The notes below the pieces were generated by a model. It was given only the letters and a program-made list of their open reading frames with translations. It was not told the origin of the DNA and ran no database searches. The position numbers were made by a program, and so were the translations under genes. A stretch of 64,000 nt of DNA from a virus, in the UHGV virus genome UHGV-1364187; one strand, 5' to 3'. Positions 47,792 through 58,900 of the stretch are shown in pieces (the stretch's first letter is position 1; each line of letters begins with the position of its first letter).

Positions 47792-48621
47792 TGATTAAAG
47801 AGATATCACAATTCACAATTAAACTTGTAGAAAAAGACACATATGGAGAGACATATAATGTTCTTAATAGAAAGGATATTACAATATGTACTCTATATAA
47901 ATCTAAATTAGGAACAGTTAGAGTATATTTATCAGAAGATAAATATGTTAGTGTATATGTATTTGATGAAGATATACCATCTATAGATAAACTCATTACT
48001 GGTATTGCGATCAATACAAAAAGAAATAATATTATACTTCAAACTAATGAAAGAATAATTTCATTTAGACAAACTGATAGTGTATACGAACAACTTATGA
48101 GATATGTTTCTAATTCATATAAATTACAAGTTGCAGGATTTTATGATAATAGTTCAGTTAATGGACCTGGATTAAGATCTGTTTTATTTGTATCTGGATG
48201 CAAGTTTAATTGCCCAGATTGTCAAAATAAAGAAGCTCAATCTATGACCTATGGAGATAAAGTGAGTGTAGGTGAAGTTGTAAAAAGAATTAAATCAAAT
48301 ATCCCAATTATAGATGGCGTTACATTAAGTGGTGGAGAACCAACGTTACAATCAGAAGCATTATTAGATTTAGTAAAAGATTGTAAGAAGTTAGGTTTAA
48401 ATGTTTGGATGTACACTGGAGATAAATATGAAAATCTTATGAAAGATCCAGTAAAATCTAAATTAGTTAAATCAGTTGATGTATTAGTAGATGGAAGATA
48501 TGTAAAAGAATTAAATGATCCTAATCTATTGTATAGGGGAAGTTCTAATCAAAGAATTATTGATGTATCTAAATCTACTGTAGATGATATTGTATTATGG
48601 GATGAAAGTGAGGACTTTTAA
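47791..48621 (+). CDS. nrdG: Anaerobic RNR activating protein NrdG (radical SAM) with a ~105-aa N-terminal extension
   Basis: GPGLRSVLFVSGCKFNCPDCQN is the CxxxCxxC radical-SAM/NrdG motif; SGGEPTLQ follows. Confidence 0.75.
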   Translation: MIKEISQFTIKLVEKDTYGETYNVLNRKDITICTLYKSKLGTVRVYLSEDKYVSVYVFDEDIPSIDKLITGIAINTKRNNIILQTNERIISFRQTDSVYEQLMRYVSNSYKLQVAGFYDNSSVNGPGLRSVLFVSGCKFNCPDCQNKEAQSMTYGDKVSVGEVVKRIKSNIPIIDGVTLSGGEPTLQSEALLDLVKDCKKLGLNVWMYTGDKYENLMKDPVKSKLVKSVDVLVDGRYVKELNDPNLLYRGSSNQRIIDVSKSTVDDIVLWDESEDF

Positions 48622-48701
48622 TGAGAACTTATACTATTCATTATTTGATTAAAAGTGAATATATTTTATAATTCTGAATTGTAATAGTTTATTACATGTA
48701 G

Positions 48702-48713
48702 AACATAAGTGTA
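48702..48713 (+). promoter_or_regulatory. Late-promoter-like motif AACAtaagtgTA inside the repeated element TAATAGTTTATTACA..
   Basis: 3 nt upstream of the AGGAGG of the 48729 gene; the ~30-bp element is repeated at 48880. Confidence 0.45.
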
Positions 48714-48728
48714 AAGGAGGAGTTATTT

Positions 48729-48869
48729 ATGAATACCAAAAATAACGATTCTAAGACAAAATTTATAGACGAGTTAATGAAAATGTCTAAAGATGATATA
48801 GAAGAATTAATATCATCTAAAGGTAAACCAAGAAAACTTATTAAACCAGCATTTATTGTTCGAAAATAG
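48729..48869 (+). CDS. Small protein, 46 aa (MNTKNNDSKTKFIDELMKMSKDDIEELISSKGKPRKLIKPAFIVRK)
   Basis: AAGGAGGAG RBS; shorter than the ORF-track cutoff. Confidence 0.45.
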   Translation: MNTKNNDSKTKFIDELMKMSKDDIEELISSKGKPRKLIKPAFIVRK

Positions 48870-48903
48870 GTTAAATTATGTAGTAATAGTTTATTACACA
48901 TAT

Positions 48904-48915
48904 AACTTAAATGTA
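48904..48915 (+). promoter_or_regulatory. Late-promoter-like motif AACTtaaatgTA (second copy of the repeated element)
   Basis: Read directly. Confidence 0.4.
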
Positions 48916-48948
48916 ATCAAATTATTGAAAATCAAGGAGGAATTAATT

Positions 48949-49455
48949 ATGTCAGAAGTATTAAAATTAACACAAGAAATTAAAGAAGGATTAACACAAA
49001 CAAGCTCAAGTGTAAAAGATGAACAACGTTTTATGAGAACTATGCTAAATGACCGAGAATTTGTTGTTGACCAATACAGTAAAGGTGAAGTTGTAGGACA
49101 AATTTGCCCAGCTCAAGAAGCAAGAGACATGTTAACAAGTGTTATCGCATCAGCTACAAAAATTCCACAAGCAGAAGCTGCACAATTAGCAGAAGCTCAT
49201 GAATTCAAAAATGCTGAAGCTACAAATATGATCAATGTATCAAAATCATTTATTAACTTATATCTTAATACAGGTCGTAAATTACCATTAGGTGGAACAA
49301 TGGATGTAGCACTTTCTCAAAAACATATTGAAGAAACACAACGTCCATATCCAAAACGTGTTGGTGTTGATGATCAAGGTAATTCAATTTACACAACAGG
49401 TCTTGCACCAGTTCCAGCACATGATACAATCAAAGTGCACAATCCAAAATTCTAA
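48949..49455 (+). CDS. Probably abundant (virion?) protein, 168 aa
   Basis: Start chosen at MSEVLKL (AAGGAGG RBS). Strong 'high-expression' codon bias (CGT for Arg, CAA, GAA, CCA, GCT); followed by a strong terminator. Confidence 0.6.
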   Translation: MSEVLKLTQEIKEGLTQTSSSVKDEQRFMRTMLNDREFVVDQYSKGEVVGQICPAQEARDMLTSVIASATKIPQAEAAQLAEAHEFKNAEATNMINVSKSFINLYLNTGRKLPLGGTMDVALSQKHIEETQRPYPKRVGVDDQGNSIYTTGLAPVPAHDTIKVHNPKF

Positions 49456-49458
49456 CAA

Positions 49459-49498
49459 ATAAGTAGGTACTTAAATGTACCTACTTATTTTATTTTTT
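49459..49498 (+). terminator. Rho-independent terminator (aagtaggtac-ttaaat-gtacctactt + TTTATTTTTT)
   Basis: Read directly. Confidence 0.7.
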
Positions 49499-49506
49499 GA
49501 GAGGAT

Positions 49507-49938
49507 GTGTTTATTATGATTAATGGAGTTGTTGAAATTAGAGATTATAGGATAGAACAATCAGAATTATTATATAAGACTCTAAAAGTCTATAATATAA
49601 TAGACAATGTATCTAATCGATCTATATTCTCAGTACATATTAATCATAATAGAGTTATTATGCATACTTTATTTTCTAAAGAGTCTATAACACTAGATAT
49701 TAATATAGACAATATTAACGATATAAGAAAACATATTAAACATATAAAACTAGAATATAAAGATGACAAATTCTTTGTATATATTAACGATATAAAAGTA
49801 AGTGTACTGAATGTAAGTCTGTATAGAAATATGTATAAAATGAATAGTAAAAGAGTAGGGTATTACCCTACTCTTTTACTATTTGTCCAAAACTCCACAT
49901 TTACTAGGAATAACACTATAGTAATCGAAAGGAGGTAA
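49507..49938 (+). CDS. Hypothetical protein (143 aa)
   Basis: GAGAGGATG RBS. Confidence 0.5.
   Translation: MFIMINGVVEIRDYRIEQSELLYKTLKVYNIIDNVSNRSIFSVHINHNRVIMHTLFSKESITLDINIDNINDIRKHIKHIKLEYKDDKFFVYINDIKVSVLNVSLYRNMYKMNSKRVGYYPTLLLFVQNSTFTRNNTIVIERR
49912..49923 (+). promoter_or_regulatory. Late-promoter-like motif AACActatagTA, 20 nt upstream of the giant gene ATG
   Basis: Read directly. Confidence 0.45.
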
Positions 49939-49943
49939 TCTAT

Positions 49944-52900
49944 ATGGCACAAAGAACAAGTTTAACAAAATATGCAAAGAATTTAGTAAAATCAACTAAA
50001 TATGCTACTGTTGATGTTGTAAAGGAATTAATGCCAAGTGCAACAGATTTTATGGAAACAAATAATGAATTATTTAAAGATATTACGTCTAATATACGTA
50101 ATAGACGTGTTATTTTTAAAAGAGTAAACGATAAAGTTACTCAATCAAAAATCTATGAAACTGTAGATGAAGCTAGAAAAAATATCATAGAAGATATAAA
50201 ATCTGGTAATTTATATAACAAAGATCCAATCAGAGAAAGACGTATTAATAAAAAATCTGGTATGGAGAGTATGTTAGGTGGATTTGATGATTTTAGTGAT
50301 TTTGAGTTTGAAATGGATGATTCATTCGAATTTGAAGATAGTGATAATGCCGAATTAGCTGATGCTTTTGATGATTCTAATAGAACAACATCAGAAATGA
50401 TCGCTAATACAATTGCAAAAACATCATCTAATCAGATCCAATCACAAAGAATATCAAGCCAGATGACAATGATGCAATTACAAGAAGGATTTACATTAGT
50501 AAATTCAAATCTTGGTGGAATAGGTAATGCTATTTCTGAATTAGGGAATACTATGTCATCTATTCAACAAACTAATGCTGAAAATGCAAAAACTTATTAC
50601 GAAAAATCTACTGACTTGCAAGCTAATATGGTATCATATCTTAAAGAGTTAGTAGATATGAAAAAATCTGAAATGGGATTAGATGCTAAGAAAGATACAT
50701 CTCGTGGACCTAAATCATATAATGACATAACTACATATGAAGGTATGCCTGATCTTAGAGCATATGGTAATATATTAGCTAGTAAATTAAATGATAATTT
50801 ATCAATGATTACAGGTCTTAATGAAATGGGTATCGAAGGTGGAAACATGTCAATGCAATTTGCTATGTCACCACTTGCATTTCTTCCTAAGATGGTTGTA
50901 AAGAAGGTTATGGGAGTAGCTGTTCAAAATTCAGCAAAAGCTTTAGATAATACATTATCAAATATATTTGGTACATTCATATCTGCTATGAATGATATGG
51001 CTGATAATTCTGGATATATGTCAATAAAAGGAATGATAGGACGATTCTTTGGTTTAAATGACACTGTAAAAGATGAACGTAGTATAAGAACAGACTATGA
51101 TAAAGGAAATAAATCATGGAATGGTAAAGCCGAAAAAGCATTAACTGAAGTAATTCCTACATTAATTTCTAAAATTTTAGCTGTAGTATCTGGAGCAAAT
51201 GAGATGACATATAACTACGATAATGGTAAATTTACTACAGTAAAACAATTAAGACAAGATGTAAAAAATAGAACTACTAATGAAATGAATAGTGCATTTT
51301 ATGATATAAGAAATAAAATGGACGAAATGATGAGATCTATTAATTTTGATTTTTCTGATGAAGACACTAAAGCATCATTTGAAAAAGATTATAATAGATT
51401 CTTTGAATATTTCTTTAAATCTAATAATAGATTTAATCCAAATAAGAAAAACTATGAAGATTATGATGGTCTTGGTATTGATAGAGGTAATTTTGAAATT
51501 ATATCTACATTGTTTGAAAGACTAGATCCATCATTAAAAATGTCTATGGATAGTAAAAAAATAAGAGCTAGAGGTGCTATTAATGATTATATTGATAAAT
51601 TAGGACAGAATAGTCCAGTATATACTATCCTTAATAATGATTCAAAATTAACAGATGTCGATAAATCTGTAGATGGAAAATCTGGAGGGTTATTAACAGC
51701 ATCTAAAGATTCATTAGGACATGACATATTCTGGTTTTTGGATAATATTCTTAAATCTATTAGAGATTTAAATCCAGATTCTGAATATAATGTAAATGGA
51801 AAGAAACGTAAAAAGAAAAGAACTAAAAATATAACTTCAACTCCTATTGTTCCATCTTCAGATAAAACATCTTCTGCTGGAAATAGGAAGAGATATGTTA
51901 GTCCAGATGCTCTTACTGCAGAATCTATATTATATAATAGAGCAGAGGGTACTACTATATCTGGTATTATTAATAATAGATTGGATATTGCTGACGAACA
52001 GAGAAAATTGGAGGAAGAAGAAAAAACATCTATTATTGATGATTTATTAGACTCACCATCTTTACCAGCGAAAGCTAAAGCTTTCATGAAAAGAATGAAA
52101 TCTACTAAAGAAGGTGCTAGAAATGGTATATCTGGACTTTTAGATACTGTAAATCTTAAGATATATCAAGCTATGTATGGTAATAAAAAATATAAAGGTA
52201 AGGATGTAAATGGTATTATAGGAGTAATGATGGAAAATATCGAAGAATCATTCACCAAGTTCAATACATTCTTAGATGAAAAGATCTTATCTCCATTGAA
52301 AGAAAAGTTAGATGAACAAGGTGGAATTAAAGGTATTCTTAAAAACACATTAGGAATAGATGTTGATTCTATTAAAGAAAGATTCTTTGGTAAAGATACT
52401 CTTTTTGGTAGAACTGTTCAATCTATTAAAGATAATTTTAAATCTGCTTATGAGTATTCTAAAGGAGCTGTAAAAAACACATACAATGAAATCTATGATA
52501 AATTAGGTGGAAATAGATACAATAGTAGATTCAATCGTGTAATGAACACTATTAAATATGGTAAGAAAAATACACAAGGTATGTTTATTGTAGATTCAGA
52601 TGGACAACTTAATATACTTAATCAAGTAAAAAAAGTTAAACCTTCAAATGTTACAGAAGATGGAAGATTAAACACTCAAGAAGAAGCTTCATCTGTTATG
52701 GAAGGACAAATGAGTTTCTTACCAAAAGACGAACAACAAGCTATAAAAGAAGCTGCAAATAATATGAATGTTCCAGTAGAAAATATTGCAGATGCAATCA
52801 ATAAAGGTAATATCGAAAAATATGCTAAAGGTGGAAATATTCATAAAACTAAAATTGTTATGGTTCATGATGGAGAAGAAATCATTACCAAAGAAGAAAA

Positions 52901-55900
52901 ACGTAAGAGAGATAGAGAAAGAGCTTATGATCTAAGAGTTAAAAATAACATAAATAAACTAAATACTGAAATGAGCGAAGATTTTGTTGGGCCTTTACCT
53001 TTAAAAGATCAAAAAATAAAAGATTTCTTATCTGGAATTAATGAAGAAAACCTTGGAACTATTAAAGATTCTTTAGGAAAAGATTTTAAAGCTACTACTG
53101 TAGAAACTTTAAGACAGGAAATTATAGAAGCTGTTGGTCATAAAAAAGGTGATCCTACATTAATGGAAACCATGAAAGACACTGCATCTGATGGAATAAA
53201 TAAAGTAATGTCAGTGTTATTTGGTACAGATGAAAATGGTGATGAAAAAGCTGATGATCTTAAAGAACGTGGAAAAGCTGCAATGAAAGATATTATGGGT
53301 AAATTTAAAGAATATCTCCCATCTGGAATATCTGGTGCATTAATTGGTACTCTAGCTGGTGGTGTTGTTGGTATGCCTATGATTGGTGCAGCATTGGGTT
53401 CATCTATTAATCTTATTAGAAAATCAGATAAACTTCAATCATATTTATTTGGAGATTTAGATGAAGAAGGTAAGAGAATAGGTAATGGTAAACTTCCAAC
53501 CAAATTTGTAGATGCTATGAATAAATATGGTCCAGATATGAAAAAGTACGGTATTACAGGTGCAATTACATCTATTTTACCTTTTGTTCCTGGTGGTCCT
53601 GTTGCTGGATTATTATTAGGAGCAGGTGTTGGGTTTGCTAAAAATAACGCTAAAGTACAAGACTTCTTATTTGGAGATATGGGCATATTAAAAGGTCTTA
53701 AAGGTAGTGGTGAGAAATTAAAGAAAGCTTTACCTAAAATGGGTCTAGGTGCGGCTGCTTTAGCATTAACTGGTCCATTCGGTTTACTTGGTAATGCTAT
53801 GCTTGGTGCTGGTGCAGGATTTGTTACTCAAACAAATAAATTCCAAGAATTTATGTTTGGTAAAGATGGTAAAGATAAAGATGGTAACCCTATTAAAGTT
53901 GGTGGATTTTTACCAATGATTAGGGATAGAGTAATCAACCCTATTAAAGAATTTGGTTCTACATTAGGTGATAAAGTTAAAACTTTTGTAGATGAAGAAA
54001 TAAGAAAACCATTTCATAAAGCAATGAGTCCATTTATAGAAGAATTTAAATACCAAGGTAAGAGATTGTTTGATGGTATAAAAGATTCTATCAGTGGAGC
54101 TATTAATAATGTATTTGAAAAGTCAGTTGGTAAACCATTAAATGAACTTATCGAAGATAAGATTGTAAAACCAATTACAGGATTATTTAAGAAAGTATTT
54201 AACTTTTTAGGAGGTATTGTTGGTGGTATTCTTAAATTCCCTACTAAAATCATGTCAGGAGCTGCAGACTCTTTAAGAATTAAACATTTAAAACAAGGTC
54301 GTGCTGATTATATGTCTGATGAAGAATTAGGTGAATTAAAAGAAAAGAAACCATTTGATTATTTAATGGCTACATCAGGACAACGTTTCATAAATGCACT
54401 TAATGAACGTGGTTTATTTGGTTCTATGAAAGATTTATTTACTAGAGATAAAGATGAAGTTGTTACTGACGAGGAATCTGTTAAAGAAAAGAAACCTACA
54501 TTCAGAGAAAAAGTATCAGGAATAGTAGCTAAAGGTTTAGATTCTTATAATGCTAAAAGATTAGCTATTACAGAAAGAGTATCATCTGGGTATGCTAATA
54601 CTAAAGAAGAATTAAGAAATGCTAAACAAAATCTTAAAACAAAAGCTTATCAAGCTGCAATGAATGCAACAGATAAATTATCAGCTAGTATTGAAGCTGG
54701 TAATAGGTATTCTAAAGTTTCTTCTTATAGGGAATCAGAAACAGAAAGCGAGGGAGACTCGACTGGTTCTTCAGAGAAGCGTGTTGATCTTAGAACTAGA
54801 ACACCTAAAATTAAATCTGTAAAAACACAAAATGTAAGTTTAGTAAATCCAGAAGTTGATGCTTTGAAACAACAAGTAAAACAATTAACCACCGAGCTTG
54901 CAGTAATGCAAAAAGAAAAAGAAGAAAATAAAGATACATCTTCAGACAAATCATCAGAATATATCAAAGATATAAGAGATGAGGTTAGAGGGCAATTAGA
55001 TGGAGTTGGATACAATATCCATACGATTGCTAATATACTAGTAGAACAATTCGGTATGCCTAAGATTAAAGCTACAGGTGCTAAAGTATCTCGTGGAAAT
55101 CTTAAACGAAAATTATGGTTTGAGAGAATGTTTGGATTTATTCTTAATCCTGTTAGAAAAGTTAAAGATAGTATTCATAATCTATTCTGGGGTAAAGATG
55201 GTAATGGTGGTTTATTAGGCACTCCAATGAGATGGGTTAAGAAAGGATTTGAAAAAATAGGTAATATTGGAACATTAATTGGAAAAGGATTAGCTGGTAT
55301 ACTAAATATTGGTTCAGGTATTGTTCATGGACTTGGTATATTAGGTGGTATCTTTAAAGAAAGTTTAGCTGCAATAGCTCCAGCTATTGGAAGTTTATTA
55401 AAAGGTGCAGTTAAAGTATTAACGTTACCTATCGATTTATTATCAGGTGCAATATCAGGTCTTGGTAATATGCTTGGTGGATTAGCTAATGGTATTGGTA
55501 TTCTTGCTGGAAAAACTATTGAACTTGTTTCTTTAGTTCCATCATTAATTACTAATATTGGTAAACTGACTATTGAAGTTGGTAAATTTGCATTCAAATT
55601 AGTTAAGAAAGGTGCAGAACTTATAACAGCTCCAATAAGATGGATGGCTAATGGTATTATTGATATATTTAGAGGAAAAAATAAGAAAAATAAAAAGAAA
55701 GAAATCAAGCATATTATAGAAGGTGGTTTCTTAGATAAAATCAAAGAACCTATCGATATTAGTGGTGAACAAGATAGACATGATAAATTATTATCTTTCT
55801 TTGATGATAAATTTAATAAATTATTTGATTTATTAAGTGGAACTGATAATAAAAAGAAATCTATTACAAATAATATTACTAATAAAGAAGAAATAGAAGA

Positions 55901-58900
55901 AGATAAACCAAAATTATCTACTGAAGAATTACAAAAGATGTCATTTAGTGATTATATTAGATCTGGTCAAAGTATGTCTCTTGATGATTTAGAAAGATAT
56001 GCAGACGCAAGAAAGAATCTAATGACTACTGTTAAAAAACCAGAACAACCTGCTAATAATGGAGATGTATTGAAAAAATCTTTATATGATATTATCAATG
56101 ATAATAGAGCAGGAATGAAACCATCATATGATAAACCACTAAATGTTCAAACTGAAGAACAAATTAATATGCCTACTGAATTTGGTGTTATTAGATATGA
56201 TAAAGATACTTCTGGTGAATTAAGACCAGTACAAGACTCAGTGTATACTCAGTATAAAGAAAATCAAGATAATCTTGCTGAACACAATTCAAAAATGTTC
56301 AATCTTCTTAATACTGGAGATGCAGAGGATGACGGTAAATCTACTAAGAAAGAATCTTGGATTTCTAAGATTGCTAAAAATATTGGTAGTGTATTAATGG
56401 GTGGTACTCTTCTTAAAGTTGTTGGTGCAGGTTTAATGGCTGGTGCTGTATATGATCTAGCTAAGAATGGAGAAAATTCATTTGTTGGTAAATTTGTTTC
56501 TTTCTTTAGTGATAAAGTTTTACCAAAAATAGTAGATTTTACAATAAATACAGCAATTCCAGTATTAACAGATGCATTACTTTCTCTGTCAGAAATGATA
56601 TTAGATAGAGTTACAAATCCACAAAAATATTCAAATCCAGATCATGAATTATCAAAAGCTAATGCGAAAGCTAAACTCAGTGATGGATCTTATATTACTG
56701 ATGATGGAGTTTATGATAAAAATGGTAATTGGATAATGCAATCATATACACCTACCACAACTGGTTCATTAATAGAAAAAGGTTGGAATAAAATAGCTGG
56801 AAATAAAATAGAATCATGGGCAAAAGATACATTCGGTGAGAATTCAATAGGAGCTAGATTATTTTCAACAAATGTATTATCAACAACTATAGATGATAAA
56901 GAGATAGAAAATGTTTCTCATAAAAATTCAGAAACAACAAAAACTAATAAAAACAAAGAAGAAACAATGTCAGATAGTGAGTTCTTTTCTAAAGCTATAT
57001 TTGGCAAAGGTAAAAAGAAATATGGTCTAGGTGAATCATTCTTCTCACAAAATGATCCTAGATGGAGTAATTTACCATTTAATACTGAAAATGATACAGA
57101 AGCTCAAACTATTGCAGATTCTGGTTGTGGTCCAACAGCCGCAGCTATGGTAGCTGATCAATACGGAAGAGCTAATCCAGTAGAAGCTTCAGCTTTCGCT
57201 TTAAATAATGGATATAAAGAACAAAATGGTGGTACTGATCCTAGATTCTTTAAAGATTATTTCAATAAAAAAGGTATTGATAGTGATATTGATACAGATA
57301 TTGATACTAATTCTGATAAGAAATTATCTATTATTAATAATCTTAGAAAGAATAAACCTGTTGTATTAATGGGTAAATCTAAAGGTGGTAATACACCATA
57401 TGGTAAAGAATATCCACATTATGTTGTAGCTACTGGAATGAGAGGCGACAAGATTCAAATTAATGATCCCAACTCTAATCATGGTGGAGAATTATACGAT
57501 GCTAATGATACACTTAGATCTTCAACTATAAGCGTAAAAACTGGCAGAGGTAAGAAATCTAAATATGGTAGAGTAAATATGCAAGCTATGCTTGACACAA
57601 CAATGAATGTTGCTGGAGCTGTATCAGGTGCAGTTATGCCTACATCTAGTACATCATCAGTAGCTAGAACGGTAACAAATAACTTCAGTAGTGCTAGTGG
57701 ATTTGCAACATCATCAGATGGATCTTTAACAGAAGGTAAAAGTGCACTTAATTTCGTAACAGATTTAGGTACCACATTTACTAAAGCTATCGGTGAATTC
57801 TTTGGTGTTGATATGTTTTCTAGTAATACTGCTAGTAGAGATGTTGGTTCCTATGGTTCTATGGGAGGTTCTGTACAAGTAGGTACGGCAGGTCAATGTT
57901 TTGATGCTAACGTTGCAGCTCAAGTTATCAATGATTTCTTTAAAAATAGTCCTAAACTTAGTGGAAAAGGTGCTACTATTGTATCTATTGCTCAACAAGC
58001 TTGTCATAAAAGTGCTAATGGACAAAATCCTGGTATTGATCCATTCATTCTTGCAGCTATTATGATGCAAGAAACAGGAGGAAATTCTAATGCATTAAAT
58101 AACAAGAATAACCCTGGTGGTGTTAAGGGAAGTAATGGATTACAAGTATTTAGTACAATTGAAGATGGTATTATGGCTGTTGCTAAGATTATCCATAGAG
58201 AATGGGTAGTTAATGGTAATAGCAGTATTGCTGGATTAGGTAGTATTTATTGCCCAGTAGATGCTGCAGATGATCCTAATGGATTAAATAAAAACTGGGT
58301 TGGAGGAGTAACCAAATTCTATAACCAGTTAGTACAAGCAGCTATAGCTGCAGGAGGTTTATTAGGTACTTCTGATAATATGGCTATTAGTAATATGGGA
58401 ACAGCTAATAATGTTGCAATACAAATTGTACGAATAGCTAAATCATATATAGGCAAAGTTAAATATGTATTTGGTGCAGAAACTCCAGATAAAGGTGTAT
58501 CTGACTGTTCTGGATTTACTCAAGCTGTATATAGAAAAGTAGGTCTTGCTATTGGTAGAAATACTGAAGCACAAATTACTAATAAAAATATTGTAAAAGT
58601 TAGTGATTCATACAACTTTAAAGCTCAACCTGGTGATTTAATATTCTTCAAAAACACTTACAATTCTGGATATATTTATGGTGTATCTCATGTTGGTATT
58701 TGTACTGGAGAAGGAACAAAATTTATTGAATGTAATAGTAGTAAGGGTGTTTGTGTAAGTGATTATACTAGTAACTATTGTAAGAAATATTTCTTAATGA
58801 TTAAACGTCATACTGCATGTGTCGACAAGAATGCTATGTATAAGACATCTCAAGCACAACAAACTGCTAAAAAAGCAAATACTACAACTGCAACAACTAC

